NCBI GenBank assembly: GCA_964036045.1
Contig: OZ038378.1
Span: 187,426,001 to 187,490,000 of the forward strand
Direction of reading: 5' to 3'
From: Eutreptiella sp. 'Long Island Sound 2002'
Taxonomy: Eukaryota > Protista > Euglenida
DNA: 64,000 bases
The position numbers and the translations under genes were made by a program. Positions 1 through 12,157 of this stretch are shown piece after piece. Positions within the stretch are counted from its first letter, which is position 1. The number at the start of each line of letters is the position of its first letter. The notes beneath the pieces were generated by a model. The model saw nothing but the letters and a program-made list of their open reading frames with translations, had not been told where the DNA came from and made no database searches.

Positions 1-742
1 CCTGGGTTGCAGGTCGTGGTAGGGGCAACATGCATTGTGCACACACGATGCATTTTTACTGTGGTGCCCGGAGGGAGGAAAAAGTCCAACGGGCACATGT
101 GATCTCAAACATTGCTGCAATGCCACTTGTAGGATGGTATGTATGTTAGCGACCGTTATGCTGTTGCTTCAATGATATTGGGCGTCACACACACGCAAAC
201 ATTAAGTGGCACGAAAGCAGGAGGGGAACCTCCGATGCTGCTGAATCAAAAGGAAACCCCCTGGTGTCCTTGCATTGTACATGTGTATTGCACATGCACG
301 CCCTTCAAATGGTGTGCGCAATACAAGGTCCTCCCTGACAAAGGCGAACTGATTTTCCACAGAGTTTTGGTCCAATTCCTGCTGCACCAGGGCAGATCAG
401 GTTTTGAGGGTTCAGTCTTTGGCAGCAATTCTCATGAGGGGCCGACTTTTAGGGGCTGCTGCATGCACTGTGCGCCCACTATTTGTCCCTAGGGATCTCT
501 GCATCTCTCCTGAGGGCATGTAGGTCCCCGTCCACGTGCCAAGAGAACCGAGAGATCCACAAGCCTCCTTGAATTAACAGCAACCACCCAAAAGCCTTTT
601 GGCTGGGCCTCTTTGGACTGGTTTAGCGGGTGATGACAACTGGACACTTTTCTGTCAAACACTGCACCACTTCTCTCCTTTGCCTTGCCTTACTTTGCTG
701 ATGCGATGTATGGACTACCAAAGCTGTCCAGTGTGCTATCAC

Positions 743-1367
743 GACCACGGGGGGACGTCTCCTGGGTTTTGGTACGTGACCCCCCCCCCCCCGTCCTGCC
801 CTCCGGGCCCACTTAGTTGCCAAGGGTCAATAGCTACCGGCCATACATGTGGTGGCGCCGAAGGCACCCGAAATTTTTTTTCCATTCCCCTTGCCCATTT
901 TGTCCCCTTTGCACCCCAACACTACCCTTGAACCCAACCTTGACTCTAACGCCCACCCCAACCCTCAGCCTACTCCTAACCCTACCCCAAAACTTACCCT
1001 TGAAGAGTGAGTGCTGGAGTCCAAAATGGAGAGCAATGATGTGGCAAAAGCAGCCATGAACGAAATTTGGGGGATCTTGTTCAGCCCAATCAACATGGCT
1101 TGCATGGCCAAACCAACTGGCTGCAAAGGTTAGGGTTAGGTTTATGGTGATGGTATGTTTCGAGGGAGGGCAAGGGGAGGTAAGGGGAGCCTGCCCCCCC
1201 CCCCCCCCTCAAATCACCCCACCTTGAACCCCCCCCCCCAACCGACCCTCACCCCCCTCCAATGCCCCCCCCCCCCCCCCCCCCCCCCCCCGGGGGGCCT
1301 TCGGCCCACTTCTACTGGGGGGGGGGGGGATTCACGTACAAAAGCGAGGAGACGTCCACCCGTGATC
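743..1367. mobile_element. Foldback/MITE-like element with about 40-bp inverted ends and internal telomere-like repeats
   Basis: GACCACGGGGGGACGTCTCCTGGGTTTTGGTACGTGA plus polyC (743-792) is an imperfect inverted repeat of polyG plus TTCACGTACAAAAGCGAGGAGACGTCCACCCGTGATC (1317-1367). Degenerate CCCTAA-like run at about 926-999; TTAGGGTTAGG at 1130-1140. Confidence 0.55.
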
Positions 1368-1649
1368 ACCGCGCGTTGTTGATCATTGTAGGCGTAGATA
1401 TGTGGTGGTAAAACCATTAAGGGACGGGGCAGGCCATGATTGACCCAAATTTCCTTCCGGTGCGTTGTGTGTACCACTAGTGACAAGTCATACCTAGGCC
1501 TGGCTACCGTGGGCAACTAAGTGCGGCCAAAGGGAGGTGTGTGTGTAGGTGTGTGGGGTGGGGGGGTTGCACCTAGGAACCAAGGGGCCCCAAGCTACCA
1601 GTATTCACCACCCTCCCTTGTGCAAGCACAACTTTGTTGACGAATTGGC

Positions 1650-1880
1650 GGATGGATGGAATCAGGGGGCAGGGATGGATGAAATGGGCATGGAACGACG
1701 GGATCAGCGTGGACTAGACGGACGTAATCGGTGGATGGACGGAATCGGAAGATGTGCGGATGGTGGGAATCAGGGGATGTGCGGACGGACGGAACGGGTG
1801 CGGATGGGCGGAATTGCACAGATGGACTGAATCCGTGCCGACGGACGGAATTAGTGTTAATGGACGGAATGGACGGGTAG
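1650..1880. repeat. Degenerate (GGAC/GGAT/GGAAT)n low-complexity tract
   Basis: Repeated ggacgg/ggatgg/ggaat units read directly. Confidence 0.7.
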
Positions 1881-2208
1881 AATGGGCGGACATCTCCCCC
1901 TCACCTCTTGCGCAAGCACACGACTGGGTTCTAAGGGCGGGGGATGAGCTGACTCAAGCCAGCCTATGCAACATTCGATAGCACAATGGGCAAACTCAAG
2001 GTAACATTCAGCAGCTTGAGCGGTGACTGTTTTGCCTATGTCACAAGGGCTATATCGGAAGCTGAGTATCCGTTGCTTCGCGACCCTCCTTGCGCCAGCA
2101 CGGGCTTGTCAAAGCACGGAGTGGGCATAGAACCGTTGTTTTCGGATTTTGTGGGACTGCTATTTTTTGTGGTCTTGAAAGCAGGATTGAGCGTTCGTGA
2201 TGTGCTTA

Positions 2209-2913
2209 TAGGGGGCGCACTTAGCGCAATGCAACTATTTGGGCATGTGGCCGCACTAGAGACCCATACTTTGTGATACTAGGGGGGCATCATTCTTGTT
2301 TGAGAGTCCATTTTGATACTTCTTCCGCATTGGGGATATGGCATTTTTGGATTTTCACCTAGTTTCACCCATTTCTATTTTTTTAAAACTTTTTTTTGCT
2401 CATTTCCACCACATCCACTCTTTCCTAGGTTGATTTCTCCCCACCATGGGACCTCAAGAAGGCAGAGGTGATGTATCCTTGTCGTTAACCCCCCATCATG
2501 GGGACCCCAAGCACGCAGGGCGGATATCGGACCTCAGGATCATGATCAAGGCCGAGGGACAATCTAGCATCCTCTCCAAGTGCTGTATCACGTTCAAGTA
2601 CTGTAATCGAAGGTGACGTCACGGGCTTGATCGAGCCAAGACGTACCATGCCGTCATCCCGAGACGGTCAGCAGCGGGGCTATGCTAGACAGGCATACCC
2701 AGCACCCCCGGTTCCATCCTCCCACCCCCATTCGCGGAAGATGGACCACCTCCCACCCCCACTGAAGGAGGTCTCCCAGGGTGTGCAGTGGGACATGCTC
2801 CTCCGGCAGGGGTGATATAAGGGCATTTGGAAGGCGTGTGCTTGGGGACTCTTCAAGAGGAACTTGGTTTAAAAAGTAGCGCGCAGTGCGCGTGCAATGC
2901 AAGGGCTCCCCCA
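2209..2913 (-). mobile_element. Non-autonomous TIR element; same family ends as 46235-46949, opposite orientation
   Basis: The reverse complement of about 2210-2420 aligns by eye with 46740-46945 (GGTGAAAATCCAAAAATGCCATATCCCCAATG, CCTAGTATCACAAAGTAT). 2820-2913 matches the reverse complement of 46235-46330 (GGGCATTTGGAAGG, AAAAAGTAGCGCGCAGTGCGCG). Confidence 0.65.
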
Positions 2914-3349
2914 TAGGGAGTGCCGTGCACGCAAAATGCACACACAGTGCAAAGTTTTGTATGTCGGCAACTACTTGAACCCTCGTTTTGGCCCTTTTTC
3001 ACAAGTTTGTTGCCCATTTTCACTCATTTTTAGCCATTTTAGCCCGTTTTCACCCGGTTTTGCTACATGTTCTTTGTTATAGGTGGATGGTGGATTGTGA
3101 TGATGGGGAATCACCGGATGTTGTGTACATTCACCCTGCAACAAATCGGCATGTGGTTGTTACACACTCCTAAGCGGATTCCAACCTTCATGGCCATGGC
3201 CTTGCTATCTCTCGGAAACTACTATACAATGTGGGATGTTGCCTGTGCATTGTACCATGCTTTGTTTAAGGTTTGAGGTACACACGTGCTTTGTTGTTGT
3301 GTGTGCGCGTTGCGTTGCTAGCTTGGAAGCCCCGAAGCCCAGAAGCAGG

Positions 3350-4900
3350 ACCCTGGATGTATACACCAATGCGGCAATGACACACCGGAGGCGGTCATCT
3401 CCATGCTAGAAGGTTTCTCCACGGAGTCGTCTTGGGCTCCGACGCCAATCGCGCAAGCAACTCCCATGGCACATCAAACATCAAAGCCACCGGTGCAACA
3501 CACCAAACAAGAACACGCGCTAGGCAATCCACACAGACCCAAAGTGAGGCACATGGGTCATGACACACACACCAAGACATACACCAAGTGCTATAGAACA
3601 CATAGTGTTAGCACCCGCATGGAACGGCCGGCTAAGCGCGTGCGCCTGCCAACTGAAGGACACACTAATATGGCCCTGGAGCCCTAGCTCAAGAGTCCAC
3701 TGAGCAAGCGAGTTCAGACACCGCCTACGGGGCCCATGACAGCATGGGCTATACAATACCTCATGCATCTGGGGTCTCTGACCCTGAAACGGCGGCGCGC
3801 ATGCCCACACAGGAGGTGCGAGCGGCCACGCCAAAGGCACAACCGCCACAGCCACGGGCTGTGCGCGAAAGGGCAGTGCCCCCAGGGATTGCCAGGTGAA
3901 TAAGAAAAATTCAAGCGCCGGGCAGCATAGCAAGGGCTCTCAACCACATGGCTCTACCGATCACAGTGGTGGGCGCCGCCTCCTCATCCATGGCGTGTCT
4001 GCCACTAGTGCCTCCTCCAGCCCCCCACCTGCTGCAAGCAGCACTAGGCACGGGCCAGCCGGCTGCCACACCCATGATGTCTAGTGGCCCCAGTCTGCTG
4101 CACAGGCCACCAAAGCGTGCAACCCCCGGAGGTGACTCTGACATATTGTACGGGCCACCTGCAGCTACCTCTAACTGGAAGAGTACCCTCTCCCCTTCAC
4201 CGGTGGACCCAATGTGGTCACCGGCAGCCACCTCGGGAACTGCCACAGACAATGACCTTCAGCCAGTGTGCTTGGATGACCTCCCAGCCTCTATTATGCT
4301 CGGATGACCTCCCGGCCTCTGCCACGAACCCTTCTACTATGCCATAGAACTGGGAAGTCCTGCTCACTGAGAGTTCCCCTAGCATTGACCCTACCCAACT
4401 TTCTGAGACTTAGCACACCTTCCAACAGAGGCGATAGAGACGACAGCTCTGAAGTACCGATGGTGCCCCTGAAAAGTGTGTTACTCTCCCGCCCCCAATT
4501 GGGGTGAGGCCAAGTTCTCATGGACTTGTCCGGGACTATCAGACCGTACCCGGGCTGGCGCAGGTGAATGGACGCCCGCCTTTCTTGATGCAACAGGGCT
4601 TGCCCTTGCAGCACTACCATGGTCTACAGCATGCGACCTGACCGGCAGCAGCCACGTGAACGTACGGGGCATGGCCAGGCTACCACTGAGCAAACATAAC
4701 CAAAGTCAGCTGTGAAGCCTCTTGTTCTGTCGGCGCTGAAGGCACCCTTCCACGCGACCCTTGGGGAAGCAACGGTGGGACAAAGTGCCCTCAAGCCCAA
4801 GGCCTATGCTCCTAAATATGCACTCTCTCTCATCCATGGCCCCCAACACAGAAGAACACCATCTTGACATCAGGACATCCGTGAGGCAAGAAAGGATTTG
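3350..4900 (+). mobile_element. Decayed retroelement-like repeat
   Basis: Long stop-interrupted reading frames. 4186-4240 (CCCTCTCCCCTTCACCGGTGGACCCAATGTGGTC) recurs diverged at 26126-26185. Class assignment is inference. Confidence 0.35.
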
Positions 4901-5372
4901 GGCCCAAAAAACACCTTCTGAAGTTGGGATTGGCAAAATGAATCATTATCTCTTCTTCCAAGATATGGGCACTTGGCATCACCCAATGTTGATTTTTTTT
5001 TTTTGCTGTTGGTAGCTTGAGCTGCCCATACCAGTGCGGCTGCTTTGGACTATACCCACTTTCTCATGCATGACAGACACCAGATGCCTGGAGTGGCCAT
5101 CCCAGACAATCCAACAGAATTCCTCAAGCAAGCCACAATATGGAAGCCCCACATGTGTGTATGACGGTTTACTCCTGCTTGCATGCACCGCTTGGTGTGT
5201 CAGGTGGAGGTTGGTCACCATGGGGGAGGGCTTAGCAAACGTTAGCTGCTGTGCTTTTGCAATGCTGTCCCGCATGGTCCTTGTTTTGATGTGAAGACTA
5301 TGCTGCTGTGATTTTTGTGCCGCCATCGATTCAGAGTGCTGTGCCTCCCGCTTTCAATGCTTTGCGTTGAAT

Positions 5373-5770
5373 ATGCCGGATGCCACAGCCGTTGTCCGGG
5401 GCATCGTCCTTGTGGTGTGTGCAACCATCCCGCTTGCGGTGGCCAAGACATCGCAGGGGTGCACCAACGCATCGCCTGTGTACCTGATGATGCTAAACTC
5501 TACTGAGGGGATGGGGGGCTGGCTGCGGCTCTTGACTGAGTGGGTCGCTGTGGCCAAGAGCCACCATCTGAAGCTTGTGGAGCCGTGCGTGAAACACGGG
5601 AGCATTGTGCCCTGCGCGGCCTCCAATGACACCCTGCCGCTTTCCGGCTACTTGGACATAGACCACTTGAGGAAGACCATCCCTGTTGTGCCCTTCGCCG
5701 ATTTCGTCGGACGGTTTCGCGCTCTGCCAGCGGCCCAACGCAGTATGGAACTGCGGTACTCCTCGAAAAG
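5373..5770 (+). CDS. O-fucosyltransferase (GT-B, POFUT/O-FucT family)-like protein, exon 1 of 3
   Basis: ATG at 5373, hydrophobic N-terminus (VVRGIVLVVCATIPLAVA), motifs EGMGGW and LVEP typical of O-FucT N-domains. Donor AG|GTTGGC at 5771, phase 2. join(5373..5770,10067..10351,12684..13140) = 1140 nt, 379 aa. Confidence 0.8.
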
Positions 5771-6419
5771 GTTGGCCCACGTCCCATGCGGCGTTCTCTG
5801 TGTTGTACCCTGTGTTCCCCCCAGGCCGCTGATGGTGGCCCATGGGCTCACGCCTGCTGTCCCGTCCTCTGCATGAGTCTGAGTGGTGGGTGGGTGGGTG
5901 GGGGGCTGCTGGCATGAAAACTCTGAACTGAAAGCAAAGCCCTGGGCAGCCCCCCCTCCCCACAAAAAAAGAACGGGCTCAATCCAACCCAACCCAGGAA
6001 CATCGTGGGTTTCAATGGAGGGTGCGAGGGGCAGCTGTCCCAGGGGCCATGAACAAATTACTGAATCGCTCGAGTTTGACCAACAGGTTGCATTAGATGC
6101 CCCCTGATCTAGTCTTGAGTTGGGGTGGTGGGGGGGGGTGCACTTTGTACACTAACTGGTCGGCAACGGCCCTGTTTTCCCTGGGGCCCGAAAAGAGCCA
6201 CAACCCCTGGCAGACCATCAGTGCTCCTCGGTGGTCGTAGCGATTCACACTTCCCAATGTGCTCACTCAACTCCCCCCGGGCAGCACACCCCCAAAAGGG
6301 GGACAGCTGCACCAGAATATCTGTTCGCCACCGGTTGCAAGCACCCATTGCCACCGACACTTCTGCACCGGGCGTCGGGTGCCAAGTCAGGGGAGTTGAG
6401 GCTCGAGCAGGCGCAAACA

Positions 6420-6537
6420 AGCATGTGCAGCCGCAGCATGCCGCAGCATGCCGCAGAATGCCGCAGCACCCGTTTTTTGGAGCTGCACATAGGGGTTTGG
6501 AAGCATGCCGCAGCATGCTACAGCATGCCACAGCATC
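6420..6537. repeat. 10-bp minisatellite (GCATGCCGCA)n
   Basis: Repeated CCGCAGCATG units in two clusters. Confidence 0.75.
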
Positions 6538-6593
6538 CAATTTTTTGGGCTCATGTGTTTGTCTGCCTGCTCCTCCGACAACCACGCTCTGCT

Positions 6594-6737
6594 TGCCATG
6601 TTGAGCGAACGTTCAGTTTGATGGGCCACATCCAGACAAAGGACCGTTTGCATATGCACAAGAAATTTTTCCCAGGGACCGCACATGCTTGGGCGCAACA
6701 CCTTGAGGAAAGAGGCCCCAACATTGCGAATAATTGA
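6594..6737 (+). mobile_element. hAT transposase C-terminal dimerisation-domain remnant (intron 1 of the O-FucT gene)
   Basis: Translation CHVERTFSLMGHIQTKDRLHM fits the hAT dimerisation motif (ERxFSxMxxIxTxxR). No upstream catalytic domain is visible. Confidence 0.6.
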
Positions 6738-7761
6738 AGTCTCCTGGTTTGTCTTACAACTGTGACTCCGCACTGTAACCCCCAACCACTGCCGTTTTCC
6801 CTCCAATTGACGGCGGTTGCCCTTGGGGCGCTGAAATGCCACCACTCCGCACCCTGCACCCGGTATCCCTTCTGAAACCCAAGGGTCTGGGTACTTGCGC
6901 GACCGGCACGAGGAGCGAAGCCTGCGAACACACCCAGCCTCATGTATCTGTGCACATGCATGTCCAGCGAATTCTGATGGTGGCTTCAAAAGAATCCACC
7001 ATCAGTCAGCATCGTCAAGGGGAAGCTGTTTGTCCTGCTGTTCGGGACTTCCCTTCCCTGGCCACTCGCCCACATGCCTCAGGAGGGACACTGTCCGGAA
7101 TGTGCCATGAATTCACTCATACCTCGGCACGCGGGGTACCGGACGTGAAGCACATGCGTACCGTTTGGCCCTTGTATGTCCCTATTCAGTGACCGGCTCA
7201 CATACCCAGTGCAGGGGAGTCTTTTAGGATTCTCTCTTTTTTCTTGTTCAGGACTGCCCCTAAGGACCGCCCATTGGTGCCTAGGCTAGGGTTCGAGTCA
7301 CCGAGGTGGTTGAACCACTTTTGGTGTTATAACCCTCTTTAGTGTCTAGGGTGGACCTACCAGTTTTTGGCAGCAAGCAGCAAGCAATGGGCAAAAATCA
7401 GAGTTCTGTCCCGGTGCTTCGGATTTGGCTGAAATTCAGTGGATGATACGTGTGGGTGTGAAGTACCCTCACAAAAAGCTTGAGCAAGAAACTCAACGGT
7501 GGCGGCTGTGGATAGGTGTCGCAAGTGGCAGGCCTAGGTTTTAAATCTGTCAAAAATGGCCCGGAAGTGCCCTCTTTTGGCCAGTTTGGGTGCCTTGGAT
7601 GTCCATGGAGGGCGGCATTTCATCAGTGTCTAATGGCTTTCGCACCCAAGTACTGGGCTCAACGGCCTCTTTTTGGGGCCAAAATACTATAACATCAGCC
7701 TCGAAAGGCACCTCTTTTGCATACTTTTTGGAGTTCCGGCCTCTTGTGTTGTGTTAGACTA

Positions 7762-8406
7762 CCGGGCAAATTCCAATATTTTGCCAAAATATTTAATTCC
7801 AGTTTTTTTTTTCTGAGCGCAAAAAAAACAAGAAACGCAAAATTTTTAAATAATTCTGCCGTTTGGGACACAGGATTTCGCAAAAAAAAATAGGTTAATT
7901 AAATAAATAATTCGGAGAGTGTAGGGTTTGTACTGTTTGTGAACAAGCGTACAGGTATGATGCAAGGACCCTTGTTGCTTCCCCTATCTGCCCCGACCAC
8001 AGATGACCGCAGATGACAGTGTTGAAGTCCAGTAAGGTTTTGATGAGAGTTCTGTGTGTATTCTTCATGTTGTGACAAGCTTTGTTGTGCATGGGACAAA
8101 ATTTTTTTTCATCAGGTGGACAACTGCAAGACAACTGATAAGTTTGGTCCCTGCAAGATTTGAAGCAAGCATCAACATTGAGGACATAGTATTAAACGCA
8201 AAATGGTAGTCGGACAAAAATTAATCGCAAAAAATAAATTTATTTTATGGTTGGAATACACAGTTTTTGGCTCGCAAATTCAAAATAATCACAAAAATAA
8301 ATTATTTTTTGGGCTATTTAGTGGCAAAAACAAAAATTTTGCTAAATATTAATTGTTTCTTTTTTCGCAAAATATTCGTATTTTAAAAATATTCGTATTT
8401 GCCCGG
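7762..8406. mobile_element. AT-rich MITE with CCGGGCAAAT TIRs and TA flanks (Tc1/mariner-type)
   Basis: TA|CCGGGCAAAT at 7760-7771 and ATTTGCCCGG|TA at 8397-8408; non-coding AT-rich interior. Confidence 0.7.
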
Positions 8407-8408
8407 TA

Positions 8409-9715
8409 CCATGGATTGTGTTTAATGATGAGAGGGATCACTTCCAACCTATATTTTGCGCAGTCAACACTCTTCAATGCCCTGTTGGCACCACTAGTGT
8501 GCACGGCACACGTGCTAGGGTAGTGTTATGGGGGCCACCTGTGGATCCAAAATCGGTCAAAAATGATTTTTCCCAAAGTTGTTCCTTGGGGTGGTCAAAC
8601 AAGTAGTTTAAGGCTATTTTGAGCCGTACTTGACCCATATTAGCCCATGCAAGATCCCAAAAACCCTTGGAATAGGCAATTTTAGGACCGGTGGGTTGTT
8701 GTGTTTGAATGCCATGGATTGTGTTGGGCACCCTTGTAGTGATAAATACTGATGAAGGCGATCACTTCCAACCTATCTGTGCGCACTTAACACTGTGCAA
8801 TGCCCTATTGGAGTGGTGCAGCATGCAAAGTGCACATGCTAGGGTAGGGGTTTAGTGGTCACCGGTTGGTCCAAAAATGGTCAAAAATGGTTTTTCCCAA
8901 ACTTGTTTGCCGACCACTAGGGTGCTCAAACAAGTAGTTTAAGGCTATATTGAGCCGTACTTGACCCATATTAGCCCATGCAAGATCCCAAAAACCCTTG
9001 GAATAGGCAATTTTAGGTTTAGTGTTTTGTTAAAGGGGGGGTTGTTGTGTTTGAATGCCATGGATTGCATTGGGCACCCTTGTTGTGATAAATCCTGATG
9101 AAGGCGATCATTTCCACCCTATTTGTGCGGAGTCAACACCCTTCAATGCCCCATTGGAGTGGTACAGCATGCAAAGTGCACGTGCTCGGGTAGGGGTTTA
9201 GGGGTCACCGGTTGGTCCAAAAGTGGTCAAAAATAGTTGTTTGCTGACCACTAGGGTGCTCAAACAAGTGGTTTAAGGCTATTTTGAGCTGTATTTGACC
9301 CATATTAGCCCATGCAAGATGCCAAAAAAAATTGAAATAGGCAATTTCAAGACCGGTAGTGCATACAACGGGGGGGGGGGGGATGTGCTGTGTTTTAATG
9401 CCATGGATTGCATTTGGCACCCTTGGGGTGATAAATAATGATGAAGGGGACCGCTTCCACCCTATTTGTGCGCGGTCAACACCCTTCAATGCCCCATTGG
9501 AGTGGTGCAGCACGCACAATGCACGTGTTAGGGAATGGTTACGTGGGTCACATGTGGGTTCAAAAGTGGTCAAAAATGAATTTTTCCAAAGTTTTTCCTA
9601 GACCACTTGGAGTGCTGAATCAACTGGTTAAGGGCTATTTTGAGCCGTATGTTACCCATGTATGAGCCCATGCAGGCTCCAAAAAGCCTTGAAATGGGCA
9701 ATTTTGGGACTACCA
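8409..9715. repeat. Tandem array of four 300-345 bp units
   Basis: Units begin CCATGGATTG at about 8409, 8712, 9058 and 9401. Shared blocks such as TTGACCCATATTAGCCCATGCAAGATCCCAAAAACC recur. Confidence 0.85.
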
Positions 9716-10066
9716 TTGCAACACAAGGAAGCGGGGGGAGGGGTGATAGGGGAGGGGTGCGGGAGGAATGCTGGGGGGCATGTCTCTTGAGTGAGCAAAG
9801 CGAGCGAGGAAGGGTTTCGAGGGCGGTATGGCGGTAAGTGGCAGGAATTGTCCCACAACATGCATCCTTATTCAGGCCCGTAGGTGATGTTCCCTCCCCC
9901 TCCAGCTCGGTCCCGATATTCAGTCTTGATTAGGCTTAGGGCACCTCTCTCTAGTTCCAGTGTAACAGAACACGTTGTTTTTTTCTGTTGAGGACCGCTC
10001 TGATTCAGTGGCTCTTCAACGTGTGTCGCCTCTGCCTTCCTTTCACCGACTCGCGCTCCTTCGCAG

Positions 10067-10351
10067 GCGCCCCAGCAATGTCACCAGCCTTGCCCCTGCC
10101 ATCCTACCCCTCGCGGCATGCGTGGCCCTGAAGCCGCTGCCCTTCTCCTACAACAGCTACAGCATCCTCAAGGACCTGGCCCAGGTCGTGTCCTCCGTCC
10201 GGGCCACGGTCCTCGTGCTCACAGACCCATTCCGCCACAAGAAGCACAAGCGCACACCCCTCCTCCCGCGCCTCCGCCTCCAGGCCCTGCACTTTGCCCC
10301 GCAGCTGGTGCAGCAGGCCGAGGCCTTCGCACGGCTGCACCTGGGGACCAG
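10067..10351 (+). CDS. O-fucosyltransferase-like protein, exon 2 of 3
   Basis: Pyrimidine tract plus GCAG acceptor at 10066 (phase 2). Encodes LQALHFAPQLVQQAEAFARLHLG. Donor AG|GTGCTT at 10352, phase 2. Confidence 0.85.
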
Positions 10352-11634
10352 GTGCTTTGCGTGACCCATGTTGCTGTGACCTCTGCGGGTGTTGAACGGT
10401 CTTTGCGTTTCTCGCGATACATGGGTTTCAGTTGCCTGCCCCCTGAATCCACTGGGGGGCAGCCGGGCTCAGTCCTTGTATGTGAAGCCCTGCCCCGCCC
10501 CACCCCCCGGGTTTTGAAAGATAGTGGTCTCGGCGGTGTGACAGGCAGGTCCATAGTTGGTCTCACTCGCGCCGAAAAGCGGCCCAGAAAATTCTAAACA
10601 ATTAGGACGTAGGACCAACAGATATTTAAAGTTGTTGTGCATGCCACCCCATGGCCGCCCCAGGCCCCAGGACTGCCCCCCTGAGGTTTCTGGTTCCCCT
10701 TGCCCCGGGAATTTTTGACAGATAGCTGGTAGGTGGATAGGTGGTTCGCAGCGCAACCAGTTCCAACTGCTCCACTGTGCCTAAACCATGCAGGCCGTAT
10801 CAGGGGTGGTGATGAACTTGCCATAATTATCATGGTGGGGGTGAGGCTGTGATTGCCACTTACGAATTACGAAATTCCCACACGAGTCCTTGGAAAGGGC
10901 AGTCTGAGAACTGGTGATGGCTCATAAAGTGTGCTGCCAAGCAGCCCCAAGGGCAAATGCCCGAAAAAACATTCGCATGTTGCACACCTCGAAATCATCA
11001 GCGCATCATGGGGATTATTGTAAGGGGCCTGTGTTGGGTGCGGTGCTTTGGGGTTTTGGTGTTGAGGCGCTCAGCACGCGCCAACGGGAACTTCGTCAGC
11101 ACGCTCTTTCTGGGCAGAGCGCAAGAGAGCAGCGCGTGTGCAGCCCCTCTGGCCCAGAGAGTGACAACATGAGAGCTGGTCTCAGGTTGCGGTTGTGGTG
11201 GAAAAAGGAGGGGGGGGGGGGGGGGCAGCACCAAGGGCGCCACAAGGGCGGGGGCTGCACCCCGTGCGCCGGGAGGTGCCCGCCACGGGGGTGGCAACAG
11301 GGCCGTGACCAGCCAACTGCGCACGGGACAGTCCACGTTGTACGGAGATGTGAAATCCTTGTACGGGGGGGGGGGGGCAGGCAGGGGGGACAGGAGGGGG
11401 TGCGCGACAGGGGCACCCAGGAGCGCCCACAGACAGGGAGAGGAGCAACACAGACACACAGAACGCGGGAGCCACACCAGGAGGGACAAGGGCGAACACA
11501 GCAGACAAAGAGGAGGGGCACAGCGAGGCAGGAGAGGCAACCAGAACAGCGGGAACAGGGAACCAGAATGGAGGGGATGGGAGAGCGTGCGCATGGGAGG
11601 CACCGACAACAAAGGGGATGGCCTGGCCAGCCAG

Positions 11635-12157
11635 CCCCGTCGCTACCGGGTGCCAGGGCAACCCCTGCTCAACCGGCATCAGGTGGGGGGTGTCTCCCGC
11701 AGCCCAGATGGGCTGTTTGCGCAACAGGAGCGGGAGCCCATCAGGGGCAGACCAGCCGTGAGAGGCAAAAGGACATATGGTGGACGGCCGGGACAGCACG
11801 TGGAGGAACAGGGCATCTGGGCCTCACAGAAACACAGCGAGGCAGGCTATGGACGGCCTGTGGACAGAGGCGCATGGACAGCAAAAACAGTCAAACGACC
11901 CCGACAACAACCAGCACATCCTCACTACGCCAACTTTTGGGCGCCCCTGACGCGCAAACGGCACACCATGCCACATTCAGCACAGTCCCAACACACCAAC
12001 TACTGGGCTCCGCGAACGCGGAAACGACACCAGCAAGAGCACCGGCCGCAGCGGCCGGCAGAAAGCAGCAACCCGACGCAACATGCGAAGGGAAGAACAG
12101 GTGACTGTCCAGGGCCCCGTAAAGGAGCAACAACCAGACGGAGTGTCACACAGGGGG
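11635..12157. mobile_element. About 520-bp interspersed repeat, copy 1 (intron 2 of the O-FucT gene)
   Basis: Highly similar to 31142-31664 over its whole length; starts CCCCGTCGCTACCGGG and ends TGTCACACAGGGGG. Confidence 0.85.

Noticed and set aside
1986-2276. hAT N-terminal zinc finger on the minus strand
   Set aside because: Multiple stops, and part of the region is the non-coding end of the repeat shared with 46740-46945.
7275-7305. tRNA gene (GGTTCGAGTC B-box-like)
   Set aside because: No cloverleaf or correctly spaced A-box; at most a tRNA-derived repeat head.
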